Shown here piece by piece: positions 13,181-26,248 of a DNA stretch of 64,000 nt. Positions within the stretch are counted from its first letter, which is position 1; every line of letters begins with the position of its first letter. The notes under the pieces were generated by a model, which was not told the origin of the DNA, did no database searches, and saw only the letters and a list, made by a program, of their open reading frames with translations. A program made the translations under genes and the position numbers. Source of the stretch: Octopus sinensis (lineage: Eukaryota); NCBI RefSeq assembly GCF_006345805.1, contig NC_043020.1:17670001-17734000 (forward strand). The letters are read 5' to 3'.

Positions 13181-13527
13181 TGTGTAACATATGTATAAGT
13201 CTGTTTTTGTGCTTGTGCTTCTCCCTCTCTTACCATCACCTCTTGACATCTGCTGTTGTTTGTTTACATTCCTATAACTAAGCAATTCAGTAAAAGACGC
13301 AGGTAGAATAAGAACTAGACTTAAAAATAAGTACTAGGGTTTATTTATTCAAGTAAACCCCTCAAGATGGTGCCCTAACATGGCTGTAGTCCAATAACTA
13401 AAACTAAGTGAAACATAGAATGAAATATTTATACATGTTGCTTTTATTTGTGTATTTCTCTATCTTTGAATTCACCCCATCTTTAAGAAGTAACAAATCT
13501 TTATCATAGAAAATTAACATTGTGTGC

Positions 13528-14226
13528 TGGTATGGTTGTGTGGTAAACAGTTTGCTTCTCAACCACTTGGTTTTGAGTTCAGTCCCACTGCTTGGCAGCT
13601 TGGACAAGTATCTTCTACTGTAGCCCTAGGCTGACCAAAGCCTTGTGAGTGGATTTGGTAGATGGAAACTGAAAGAAGCACATTATTTATCTATCTATGT
13701 GTAGGTGTCTTTGTGTTTGTCCTTCCCATGACCACCACTTGACATTCAGTGTTGGCTTGTTTACATCCATGTAACTTAGAGGTCCAGTAAAAGTGATTGA
13801 TGGAATAAGTACCAGGCTTTAAAAAAAATAAATCCAGGATTCAATTCATTTGACCAAACTCTTCAGGGTGGTTTCCCTGAAATGGCTGCAGTCCATTGAC
13901 TGAAACAAAGTTAGAATTAAAGCAGAAGATTCATACATATTCCATGATCATATGTGCTTTTATATTCTTTTATTCTTTCATTTGTTTCGGTCATTTGACT
14001 GCGGCCATGCTAGATCACTGCCTTGAAAGATTTTAGTCAAACAAATCAACCCTAGGACTTATTTTTTAAGCCTAGTACCTACTCTATCAGTCTCTTTTGC
14101 TGAACTGCTAGGTTATGGGGATGTAAACACACCAGCACCAGTTGTCAAGTGGTGATGAGGGGACAAATACACACAAATACTCACACATAGATACACATAT
14201 ATAAGTATATATATGTGTGTGTGTGT

Positions 14227-14273
<47 letters not shown>

Positions 14274-14435
14274 CAATGGGCTTCTTTCAGTTTCTGTCTA
14301 CCAAATCCACTCACAAAGCCTTGGTCAGCCCCAATGCTATAGTAGAAAATACTTGTCCTAGGTGCCACACAAGGATTGAACCCACAACTATGTGGTCGGG
14401 AAGCAAGTTTCTTATTACACAGCCATGCTTGTGCC
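13528..14435. mobile_element. Tail-to-tail inverted pair of family-B SINEs
   Basis: Plus copy 13528-13910, minus copy 13975-14435. Confidence 0.8.
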
Positions 14436-15847
14436 TATGTGTATTTCTCTATCTTTAAATTCATCTTTAAGAAAGCCAGTTCCTCTGTAACCCTGGAGGC
14501 AAAGTGGCTGAGTTCCTTTTGAGCATTGGGCCTCATAGAGGCAAAGTGGTCAAATTCCTTTCAAGTGTTGGGCCTCAAGGCAATGACCAAGACCTTTGGC
14601 GTTATGTCGTGCTTGAGAATTCCCATCAAGCCAAGCAAAATCACAATTGTGGTAGATACCGGTGTCACACAGCTGGAACCCAAGCCAGTGGCACGTAAAA
14701 GCACCCATTATGGTTGGCATTAGGAAGGGCATCCAATCATAGAAAACCATGCCAAGTCAGACTGGAGCTTGGCACAGCCTTCCAGTGTGCCACCCTAGTC
14801 AAACTGTCCAACCCATGCCAGCATGGACAACAAAAGTTAAATGATGATAATGATAATTGTTTTGAATTAATCATGCATTATCTTATGGCTTCGAGATTTT
14901 GACGATGCAATTGTTTTGTTTTTTTTAGAATGACATTTTCAGGTAGGTGTGAGTTGTTGGATCTGGCCAGTTTGAACATAGAAGAATCAGAATATTTTGG
15001 CTGGATATGGCTGTTTGAAATGGTAAAGGGTTAAAGAAAGTTAGCATTGCAGCAACTGTTTAGCAATAACAATATGGTAGTCTAACGCATATTGTTATAG
15101 CAATAACAATACACGTTAGACTGAATTTGAAGAATTAAGTGTTAAATGGGTTGTTTTTCTTGAGTCTGAAAGTTTCAACTTACCATGATTATTGCTTAAG
15201 TATTTGGTATAGAGTGTATGCATGTTGGTCCGTTTCTATGTATTTGTGTGCTTAGATAAATAGATAAAATTTCTCCTTTGAAGTACGACATAGAGCCAGC
15301 CACATCCAAATACTGACTAATTATATGTAACTTTATCTCTTATGTGCGCATGTTGACACTCTTGCTCTGCATCTGATATGGGCAGTTTTTGTGTATGTGT
15401 ATATTTATGGCTGCATGTATATGTATGTTTGCAGCTGTATGTGTGTGTGTGTGGAATACTTTGTTATTGCTGACCTTTTTGTTTTGTTTTTTGTTTCTAT
15501 GGTGCAAAAGACCTAAGAAATTTCTGTGAGGAAAATTTCACCAACTCTCGCCCACTCTCTTTCTGTCTTCCATTTCTCTGTCTGTCTGTCTCTTTTCCTT
15601 TCTTTCTGTCTTTCTCTCTCCCTTTCTCTTTCACTCCCCTATCTTTCTCTCCTCCTCTCTCTCTCTCTCATACATTGCCTGAATATATACGTGTTACCTT
15701 GTTTTGTTATATAAGGAAATGTGTGCGTCTGCATGCATGCATATAATATGAGACTCTTCAGGCTTATATTTCGCTTGGGTAAGAGGATGCAATACCTGTA
15801 GCCTATTCGCATACCTTTAGATTAGAGATGGGCATAGTGTTCAGCTT

Positions 15848-16077
15848 TTTATTTTTTATTGCATGCATTTGAAGGTTTCATCAAGAAGAAGGAACACTGC
15901 CAATGTTCTTTGCAGGTCCTCCAGTGCTGGGGTCAATAATAATAATCAGCTTGATTTGTTGCAGCAGGTCAGCTTTTGGAAGAGGGCCTGTTGTAGATGA
16001 GATTGTAAATTTTTGGGTATCAGACATACAGCTCATAGGCTGCATCTGGCTCACAATATGTTTACTGTGCACCCTAG
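15848..16077 (-). other. Candidate terminal exon of an unidentified spliced transcript
   Basis: Minus strand: U-rich tract ...ttcttttataaaattcAG acceptor, one frame open about 65 codons to TGA at 15883-15881, two AATAAA at 15860-15855 and 15853-15848; non-repetitive sequence. Confidence 0.4.
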
Positions 16078-16169
16078 CTGAATTTTATAAAAGAAAAACA
16101 AAAAATCTTTTTTTTTTTTACCAATAGTTCTATGTGAAAAACACTCATGCTGGTGCCAAGTGAAAATCT

Positions 16170-16475
16170 GACGCTTTGGTCACTTATAATGAGGGTTCCA
16201 GTTGATTTGATCAATGGAACAGCCTGCTCTGGAAATTAATGGGCATGTGGCTGAGCACTCAACAGACATGTCTATCTTTAAATCCTTAACATAGTTCACA
16301 GGATGTAACAAGGCTGGCCCTTGGAATTACAGGTACTACTCATTTTTGCAAGCTGAGTGGACTGCAACAATGTGAAATAAAGTGTCTTGCTGAAGGACAC
16401 AATACATTGCGAGGAATTGAACTTATGTCCTTACGATCATGAGCTGAATACCTCGACCACTAAGCCACTTGCATT
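16170..16475 (-). mobile_element. tRNA-derived SINE family D (CORE-like centre) with tail shared with the 45049 copy
   Basis: Reverse complement contains tgtgtccttcagcaagacactttatttcacattg and gagcaggctgttccattgatc. Confidence 0.75.
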
Positions 16476-16744
16476 TACTGGTGCCAAGAAAAAAGCACTC
16501 ATTACTCTGAAAAGTGATTGGCACTAGGAAGGGCATCCAGCTGTAAAAATCATGCCAAAGCAGATGATTAGAGTCTGATGCAGCCCTCTGGCTTGCCAGC
16601 TCCTGTCCAACCATCCAACCAAGGCCAGCATGGAAAATAGACATTAAATAATGATGATGAAAATTATCAGTTGCATACTGACCTTTTTATTCATTTACTT
16701 TGGCCAATATTATAAAAAGGGTTTTTAGGAATAATTGTACTTAC

Positions 16745-16786
16745 CTGGCCTTTGAGATCTAGTTTGTTTGAATCCAGTTTCCAAAG
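16745..16786 (-). other. Candidate 42-nt internal exon
   Basis: Minus strand tcattatttttAG|ctttggaaac...aaggccag|GTAAGT: perfect donor, length divisible by 3, open in the frame of the downstream candidate exon. Confidence 0.4.
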
Positions 16787-16809
16787 CTAAAAATAATGAT
16801 TGTGTTACA

Positions 16810-17370
16810 TGACAGGGAAGTGTTTAGAAAGGAAGTTTACAAGGGATGGTATAATTTCATGGGTGAGAGGAAGGATTTTTAGTACAGGGGTACAAGGGTG
16901 CAAGGGTACTGTGTTTGAGAGGTAGGGTGCATCAGGAGCTGATTGAGGATGGCTGGAAGAGGCTTGTATATAGAATTTGTTTACTCAGGAGCAATGTACA
17001 GATAGCAAGTTAAGAGATACAGAGAGTGTTGTTACTAGAATAAGAAGAGATGAATGAAGGAGAAACAACACAATGGAGTTTTTTGTGAGAAAAAGAGAGT
17101 TAAATTGGTAGAGAGAAAGAGACCATTCTTGTATGTAAACTGTGTTTAAGGGTAGGTGTATTATCACAGAAGGGAGTGTCTTTCTTGTCTCTCTTGCATA
17201 TGGTGTATCTGACCCTTGCGAAGGGTTAGCTAAGGTATTCAAGGATAAAGTGTCTCTGAAGAGGAAACCCAACCCCTGTGATGCAGTTTTGGGAATGTGA
17301 AGAATGTGAGGCTATGGTCTGAAGCTATCAAATGTCAGTTAATGAGAGGATGTAATAATGTATCATTTTT
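16810..17370 (-). pseudogene. Decayed CR1/L2-type LINE ORF2 fragment
   Basis: PHILHIPKTASQGLGFLFR resembles the post-RT HIxxIxKxASxKLGFLxR motif; remainder frameshifted. Confidence 0.5.
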
Positions 17371-17574
17371 ACTCATTCATAAATGCTAGGAGTGGATGTG
17401 GTGTAGTAGATTTGTGGTTGGTTAGTCACAGATCTGCTGTAATTGAGAAAATCTGAGCAAAGACTAATTGTGACCATCCACACATCATTTTGTATATCTG
17501 GGAATGCATTATCAAATAGGCTGTTCCTAGTTCAAGACAGAAAGGTTGTGGTTTGTGGAACCCAGCTGCTATAA

Positions 17575-19107
17575 CTAGTAAGGTAAGTTGATTACATTGA
17601 TCCCCAGCGTTCAGCTGGTATTTATTTTATCGAATCCAAAGGGATAAAAGGTAAAGTCAACCTTGACAGAATTAGACTGAGAACATGAAGATGGATGAGA
17701 TGTCACTAAGCATTTTGTGTGACATGCTAACGATCCTGCCAGCTTACGGCCTTAATAATAATAATAATAAGAAGAAGAATTCTTTCTACTAAAGGCACAA
17801 GGCCTGAAATTTTGGGGAAGAGAGCTAGTCAATTACATCAACCTGGTACTCGACTAGTACTTATTTCATCAACCCCCAAATGGATGAAAGGCAAAAGTCG
17901 ACCTCGGTAGAATTTGAACTCAGAACATAAAGATGGACAAAATGCTGCTAAGCATTTTGTCCAGGGCACTACTAATTCTGCCAGCTTGCTGCCTTAATAA
18001 TAATAATAATAATAATACTTTCTACTATAGGCACAAGGTCTGAAATTTGTGGGAGGGGTAAGTTGATTACATTGACCCCAGTAACTGGTACCAATTTATT
18101 CAACCCTGAAAGGATGACAAGCTCAGTCAACCTCGGCGGAATTTGAACTCAGAATGTAGTGATGGGCAAAAGGCGAAATACCACTAAGCATTTTACCCAG
18201 CATGCTAATGATTCAACCATTTCACTGCCTTCTTAATTATAATAATAATAATAACAGTCATAATTATTATTATTATTATTAAGACTGGAATATCCTGCAT
18301 GCCTTTCTTGACAAAAATGATGTTATCAAGTTTCACTTTTTTATAACCAGCAACAAGGAAAAAGAAAGAAAATGAAAATAGAAATACCGAAATTCAGAAT
18401 TTGAACTGGAATATCCTGCATCTAGAAAAAAGAACACAGGATATTCCAGTTCAAGTTCTCTGTTTCTCTATTTCTGTGTATTATTCATTTTGTTTCTTTT
18501 CCCTTTTTACAAATAATAATAATAATGATATTGCTTTCAAATTTTGGCACAAGGCCAGCAATTTTGGAAGAGAGCGTGAGTCAATTACATCAACCTCCAT
18601 GTTTGACTGGTACTTATTTTATCGACCCTGAAAGGATGAAAGGCAAAGTAGACCCTGGCAGCATTCACACTTAGAACATAAAATCGAAAGAAATGCCGCT
18701 AAGCATTATTCCCAGTGTGCTAACAATTCTACCAGTTCAACACTTTGATTTCAAGTTTTGGCATAAGGTCAGAAATTTCAAGGGAGGGATTAAGTCAATT
18801 ACATCAACCCCAGTATTCAACTGGTACTTCTTTTAGAAACCCCAAAAGTATGAAAAACAAATTCGACCTTGGTGGAATTTGAACTTAATCTTTTATTCTT
18901 TTACTTGTTTCAGTCATTTGACTGCGGCCATGCTGCAGCACCGCCTTTAGTCGAGCAAATCGACCCCAGGACTTATTCTTTGTAAGCCTAGTATTTATTC
19001 TATTGGTCTCTTTTGCTGAACTGCTAAGTTATGGGGACATAAACACACCACCATTTGTTGCCAAGCGATATTGGGGAGGGGGGTCAAACACAGATGCACA
19101 GACATAT

Positions 19108-19153
<46 letters not shown>

Positions 19154-19590
19154 TATATATATACACAACAGGCTTCTTTCAGTTTCCGTCTACCAAATCT
19201 ACTCACAAGGCTTTGGTTGGCCTGAGGCTATAGTAGAAGACACTTGCTCAAGGTGCCATGCAGTGGGACTAGACCCAGAACCATGTGGTTGGTAAGTGGC
19301 ATGCTAACAACTCTGCCAGTTCGCTGCTTTCATAATAATAATAATAATAATAATAATGTTGATTTCGAGTTTTGGCACTAGGCTAGCAATTGTGGGGAGG
19401 GGGTAAGTCGATTACATCAACCCCAAGATTCAGTTGGTACTTAGGATGAAAGGCAAAGTTGACCTCAGTGGCATGTGGATGAAATTCCGCTAAGCATTTT
19501 GTCCGGTGCGGTAATGATTCTGCCAGCTTACCAACTTAATAATAATAATAATCCTTTCTACTATAGGCAGAAGGCCTGAAATTTTAGAGA
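17575..19590 (-). mobile_element. Head-to-tail array of about 6 Meta-like SINEs separated by (TAA)n, with one nested family-B SINE (18890-19295)
   Basis: Repeated ggatgaaaggcaaagtcgacctcgg...gaatttgaactcag units, all in the same orientation. Confidence 0.85.
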
Positions 19591-20900
19591 GAAAATGGTT
19601 GGTAGAGAGAACATAACACGCTGAGGCCTTTGTCCTGCAGTGGACTGAACATAGGTAATCCAATCCAATTCAAAGATTGGATCAATGCTTAAATCTACCC
19701 AAGACAGACAGAAGCGATTACTATAAATCTTGGTAAATTTCAAACAGGTCAATTACACTGAAATCACTATTAATTAAAATTGGTAATAGGAGGAATTAAC
19801 ATGAACTCTCGTAGATTAGGTCAATACTCTGGGTTTGTTCCAATGGTATTAGATCTCCTCAGCAAAGCAGTTTTTACTATGATTGTTAGATGTATAATCA
19901 GAAATTGCTATACGTTTGCATAGTAATATGCACAACATGTCATTATGTTAACTTTATTCTGTCTACCACTCTGCTCCACCACCACCACATAATGAACCTG
20001 TGTTGCTGCATTCTAAATACAGTAAATGATAAGGCAGTAGAGATGATGGTGGTGGAGGTAGAGGGATGGTGGTGGTGGTGGTGGTATTACGTGAGGGTTG
20101 AAATTATTTCTGCTCATACATACATAGTGCAGCTTACCCCTTTACTCCTTAAATCTGCTTTTGTGTAAGCTTGTTTGTGGCTCTTTGCCTCCTACACACT
20201 TTTGTATAAAAAAGATAAATATGTCATTACATGTCCATGTGCTTATACTTAAGCTCTTATTTATATCAACAAATACACACAGCCCTACCCCAAACACAAA
20301 CACACACACAGAGCTTTTCATGCCGTATACACTTAAACCCCTACACAATATCATGCATTTATATACATAGATATGCATGCCATCACACTATACTCACATA
20401 CACACACACACACACACACGTGCGTGCATTGTTTTCACAAGATATCAATGCTTTTCACAACATATCAATGCCAACTACAGCTTCTGAAGTTGACCCAGCA
20501 CTCTGCCCAGTCACAAATTCTGAGTTCATAAGTGAAAGGTCTTGCAGTTTTAATGCATAATCATGAGGTTTCAGGTTCAATCTTAATGCTTGGCATCTTA
20601 GGCAGATTTCTTTCAACATAGACTTAGGTAAACTGAAGTCATGTAAGTGAAACTGGGAAGATAGAAACTGCATTGAAACCTCTTGAAGGAATTGTTCATA
20701 GAATTCAAAGTCCAGTTTTGTAATGATAATTTCACTTGAGAATTGTTAAAGTTGCCCATGTCTGTGGAATACTCAATCACTTATACCCAAGTTCACTGAG
20801 TAGGTGGTTTGTTTTTTTTTTCTCTTTTTTTTGTTTTTGTAAGAAACTCCCAAACAAGATGAGAAGCCACCTAGTGTAAGGGACTATGAAGAAGAAGAAA

Positions 20901-21308
20901 TTAAGATGAAAGGAATGAATTTACTTGAGACTTGAAAGAGTTCAAGTCATAAGAGGAGGGAAACAATGAAATGGATGAGTATTCCAATGTCTGGCAGTTC
21001 AAGGAAGAAAAAAGCTACAACCATAGAAAGACTTTTTAATTTGTGAATGCACAACAGCATTTGGATGAAGATACTGTGAGCTTTGAGTCAGGCCTGATAG
21101 CACAAAGTGATCTTGGAACTAAGAGACAAAGTTCATCAGAGCACTTCCTGTGGTAATAACAAAAAACTAAGACTGGTGATGTTACATTGATGCGACAAGG
21201 ATTGCAGGGATGATGGATGAGAGGGAATAATCAAATGAGAGACTCACTTATGAACCCGATCAAGGAGAGCCAAGTGATAAGATGATGCAGTTTGCAGGTG
21301 GCCAAATA
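20901..21308 (-). pseudogene. Decayed CR1/Jockey-group LINE ORF2 C-terminus
   Basis: Minus strand: HLALLDRVHK*VSHLI..SLQSLSHQCNITSLS..YYHRKCSDELCLLVP..HPNAV..SFF..TARHWNTHP..FP..YDLNSFKSQVNSFLSS*, matching the LDRVQ/LSHRR/SFFPRT..WNxLP pattern. Confidence 0.85.
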
Positions 21309-21887
21309 TAACAACAGTTGATCGAACAATTGAGTTTGTATTGTTGAGACTAACAGAGACACATTTACAGTCAACTACCATGTTTCCCAAATTACAAGTC
21401 AAATTTTTCTGACCAAAATTTAGCACCAAAAAAAGGTAGGTTGACTTATACACCAAGATGGCTTTGGAGGACCAAAAATTCCATGTGAAATTTTGCAACA
21501 GGATTTAGAAAGACAGTGATGGTGTTTGAATGTTTATACTACAATACTGTGTCTATTTGTATGCCAGAACATATGGTACTTAAATGTTCCCCCTGCATAT
21601 AAGCTCATGCCTTAATAATTCATCCCTTAAAGACGAACTATCATCCCTAATTAGCTTCAGTAAGGTTAGGAAGTGGAGCAACATAAAGCATAAGTAGTGT
21701 TTTTTTTTTTATTGAAGATTTTTATTGAAATTCTTATAAGTAGAGGAGAGTATTAGAAATTTCAAAGTTGTATTTGCCAGGCAAGTAATTTGATATGAGA
21801 CAGTATGTTGAAAGTAAAACAATTGCAGTGTTGAGGACATGTTATTGTTAGCCAATCTAAAAAACACATAAAGACTGTTAACTTCAC

Positions 21888-22100
21888 TTAACCCTTCAGC
21901 ATTTAAACTGGCCATATCCGGGCCAAATATTCTACCATATTCAGCCTCTCACACCTACCCTACAATGTCATACTAAAAGTAAATAAGCATGTCATAAAAA
22001 AGATACAAAAAGATAATACAAAAAGATAATGCATGTTTAATTCAAAACTATGCAAATAAATAAGCATTACATTTGACAGAATAAATGTTTAATCCTTTAG
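21888..22100 (+). mobile_element. piggyBac-like MITE family A
   Basis: ttaacccttcagcatttaaactggccatatcc start; body as in other copies. Confidence 0.75.
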
Positions 22101-22307
22101 CTTTCAGATTATTATTTGATGTCAAAATGTTTGTTGTGTCAACTGTGACCTGGTCACTGATGCAGTTCCACTGACTCTCAGTATTGGAAATACCGTCTTC
22201 TAAATAGAATTCTAAAAATATCTTTGACATGAGCATAGATGTGAGTGATTCAGCCAAGGTCACTGATGTTAGTGATCTATTTATTTTGTTTCTCTATGGT
22301 GATATAT

Positions 22308-22630
22308 GTGGAGGTGCAATGGCCCAGTGGTTAGGGCAGTGGACTCGCAGTCAGAGAATCACAGCTTCGATTTCCAGACTGGGTGTTGTGTATGTTTATT
22401 GAGCGAAAATACCTAAAGCTCCACGAGGCTCCGGTAAGGGGTGGTGGCGACCCCTGTTGTACTCTTTCGCCCCAGCTTTCTCTCACTCTTTCTTCCTGTT
22501 TCTTGGGTAACGCTGTTATGAACTGGCGTCCCGTCCAGCTGGGGGGAACACATACGCCACAGAAACCAGGAAACCAGGCCCATGAACCTGGCTAGGCTTG
22601 AAAAGGGCACATAAATAAATAAATAAATAA
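22308..22630 (+). mobile_element. tRNA-derived SINE family C with (TAAA)n tail
   Basis: tggcccagtgg A-box, ttcgatt B-box; flanked by atggtgata(t/c)at direct repeat. Confidence 0.9.
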
Positions 22631-22914
22631 ATGGTGATACATAGCCTCATATAGGAAGGATTCAGAAGACAGGCTATTAAAGTCCTTTGCATATGTTTAT
22701 ATGATTATATTTACTGATGTAAACAAGAGTGGCGAGTTGTTTACTTTCAAATCAGAAAACATAACTTGGTGATTCGGTAAATAACATGAAGAGATAAGTA
22801 CCAGACTGGAATTAATACTGGGGCCAATATGATCAACTAAAAATCCCTCAGAAGTTGTTTTCCATCATCACCACAAACCAATAATTGAAATCATCCAAAG
22901 AACTGAACAATCAT

Positions 22915-23333
22915 AGGCGCAGAAGTGGCTGTGTGGTAAGTAGCTTGCTAACCAACCACATGGTTGCGGGTTCAGTCCCACTGCGTGGCATCTTGGGCAA
23001 GTGTCTTCTGCTTTAGCCCCGGGCCGACCAATGCCTTGTGAGTGGATTTGGTAGACGGAAACTGAAAGAAGCCTGTCGTATATATGTATATATGTATATA
23101 TATGTGTGTGTGTGTGTGTGTTTGTGTGTCTGTGTTTGTCCCCCTAGCATTGCTTGACAACCGATGCTGGTGTGTCTACGTCCCCGCCACTTAGCGGTTC
23201 GGCAAAAGAGACCAATAGAATAAGTACTGGGCTTACAAAGAATAAGTTCCGGGGTCAATTTGATCGACTAAAGGCGGTGCTCCAGCATGGCCGCAGTCAA
23301 ATGACTGAAACAAGTAAAAGAGTAAAAGAGTAA
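22915..23333 (+). mobile_element. SINE family B, young copy
   Basis: Near-identical to 5358-5755; (gtaaaaga)n tail. Confidence 0.9.
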
Positions 23334-23398
23334 ATCACACACACATCTTAAATGTCTGGACAAAAGGTAGTTGTACAAACACCCTTATACTCCATGCT

Positions 23399-24128
23399 TT
23401 AATCCTTTAGGATTTAAGCCAGCCATATCCAGTTTAAATATTCAACCAGTTTTATGTTAAAGCTGACCAGATCTGGCTTCTCACACCTATAAAATTATCT
23501 TCTTGAATCATACTGGCTCAAAAGGGCCAGTTTCCTGGTTTTGTGGTGTATATATTCCCCACCTGGATGGGACACCAGTCCATCGCAGGATTATTCATTT
23601 TTGCCAGCTGAATGGACTGGAGCAATGTGAAATGAAGTGTCTTGCTCAAGAACACAAGGCGATGAGCTGGCAAAAACATTAGCACACCGGGCCAAATGCT
23701 TGGCAGTATTTTGTCTGCTGTTACTTTCTGAGTTCAAATTCCGCCGAGGTTGACTTTGCATTTCATCCTTTCGGGGTCGATATATTAAGTACTAGTTACG
23801 CATTGGGGTCGATGTAATCGACTTAATCCCTTTGTCTGTCTTTGTTTGTTCCCTCTATGTTTAGCTCCTTGTGGGCAACAAAGAAGTAAGAACACAATGT
23901 GTCACCCAGTCCAGGAATCAAAACCACAATCTTACAATCATGAATCTGACACCCTAAGCACTAAGCCATGCACCTCCACTTCTCACACCTATCCTACAAT
24001 GTCATTCTAAAAATAAGCTATCACATCATGAAAATCTCTTAGCTATGAAATAATGCATGATTAATTCAAAATGATGTGAATAAATAAGCATTACATTTGA
24101 GAGGGTAATCTGAATGCTAACGAGTTGA
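23399..24128 (+). mobile_element. Three-level nest: MITE A containing SINE D (minus) containing a Meta-like SINE (plus)
   Basis: TSD cttctcacacctat at 23477-23490 and 23979-23992; TSD aagaacacaa at 23648-23657 and 23888-23897. Confidence 0.85.
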
Positions 24129-24340
24129 ATAGATTCAACCCCCACTTCAAGTCCTTCTAGGTAGAAACCTACCACGTATGCATATACGTGCACATGTACA
24201 CAGCCATACAAGTACACATGTTATGAGATTTTCTGTTCCACTCCACCACCACTGACATCTCGTGACTCTCTCTCCTGCTAAACAATATTCTGTCCTGTTC
24301 CACCCACCCACCCGCCCGCCCATCATCATCCACTGCTTAC

Positions 24341-24442
24341 ATTAACCCAGCCATACTAGGACTGGGGGTATAGTCTCTGTGAATGAGATAAGATAACAAT
24401 GGTTGCTGAAAGTTAAATCCTGAGAATTCTTCAGTCTTGGCA
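24341..24442 (-). other. Candidate 102-nt exon
   Basis: Minus strand atcatttccattttcAG|tgccaag...gggttaat|GTAAGC; one open frame (AKTEEFSGFNFQQPLLSYLIHRDYTPSPSMAGL). Confidence 0.3.
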
Positions 24443-25503
24443 CTGAAAATGGAAATGATAACTAAAGATAATATAATGTAATAGTCCTCTTCTCTTTCTC
24501 TCTCTCTCCCCTCTTTCTCCTCCTCTCTCTCTCTCCCAATCTTCCCCCTTCTCCCCCTCTCCCTGATAAAGGAAGAGTAATCAGAGATGGAATGCAGGTG
24601 GTGCAACATAGTTTAGCCAACACCCAGACTCCTCAGAAATTCTTTGACTCCAGGGCAGTGATCAGTAATCAGATAAATTTGTCAATCTGTTTTTCTATTA
24701 TATTCTGTTCTGTCATTCTCCTATTCAGTTTTCTCCACATTGCTATCTGTTCAACTCTGGCAGCAATCCATACAATTTTATACAAATTGCCCCTAACCCA
24801 TTCTTTTATTCTCTTCTGACATTCTCTTATTCAACTATTCCTATTTTGTTAAAAAGGTCACTAACTCATTCTTGTATATTTTTTTTTCTATTCTGCAATT
24901 CAGTTATTCCTATATTAACTATTTTCTGAACAGCAACGATTGCAGTGCAATGGGACACACAGTCTGTTCTCCTATTTTATGTAATTTTCCTATTCAGGCA
25001 TTCAATGCTATTTAGTTCACATACAAGCAATCTACACTGAGCTGAAGTTTATAATCAAACTCCTTATCATTCATATATCCTAAAAGCCTATAACATTCTA
25101 TTCTACCATTCTCTTATCTTAAAAATCCATACATTATCCTAAATTATTCTATTCTGCTATTCTCCAAGTCCAAGGTTTCTCAAAATGACTGCAGAGGAAC
25201 TCGGAGCTCTGTGAGATAAAGTGCCTTTTAATAAAATCATCATCATCATACTTTCATTTTCCATGCTTACATGGGTTGGATGGCTCGATAGGCCCTGGCA
25301 AGGCCAAGGGCTGCACCAGATTCCATTGTCTGTTTTAGCTTGATTTCTATAACTGCATGTCCTTCTTAATGCCAACCACTCTACTGAGTGTACTGGGTGC
25401 TTTTTACATGTCACTAGCTCCAGTGCCTTTTGCATGGCACCAAGGAGTGTTTAAAAAAATAAACGCTATTCACCATTTTCAAAATACGTTGTTATACACA
25501 CAT

Positions 25504-25534
<31 letters not shown>

Positions 25535-25841
25535 TGAGCTAAAAGAAATAGCTTGAAGTGGCCAGTGGCATGTTTTTGAACAACATAGACAAATACAGGT
25601 ATTTTAAATACCTTGTAACAAAAATTATTGATTTGTCTGTTTTGGCTTCATTTCTATAGCTAAATGTCCTCCCAAATGCCAACCACTCCACAAAGTGTAC
25701 TGGATGCTTTTTCTGTGATTCCATTACATACTCTCTTTTACTTACCACATAGCCACTCCTGCGCTTATTTAATAAAATATTTTCATATCCACCATTAAAA
25801 ATATTTGATTCTGGTTCTGTAAAGAAATATTTTATTAAATA

Positions 25842-26248
25842 AGCGCAGGAGTGGCTATGTGGTAAGTAGTTTGCTAACCAACCACATAGTTCCGGGTTCA
25901 GTCCCACTGCGTGGCATCTTGGGCAAGTGTCTTCTGCTATAGCCCCAGGCCGACCAATGCCTTGTGAGTGGATTTGGTAGACGGAAACTGAAAGAAGCCC
26001 GCCGTATATATGTATATATATGTATATGTGTGTGTGTTTGTGTGTCTGTGTTTGTCTCCCTAGCATTGCTTGACAACCGATGCTGGTGTGATTACAACCC
26101 CATCACTTAGCGGTTCGGCAAAAGAGACCGATAGAATAAGTACTGGGCTTACAAAGAATAAGTCCCGGGGTCGATATGCTCGACTAAAGGCGGTGCTCCA
26201 GCATGACCGCAGTCAAATGACTGAAACAAGTAAAAGAGTAAAAGAGAG
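25842..26248 (+). mobile_element. SINE family B, young copy
   Basis: Near-identical to 22915-23333. Confidence 0.9.
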
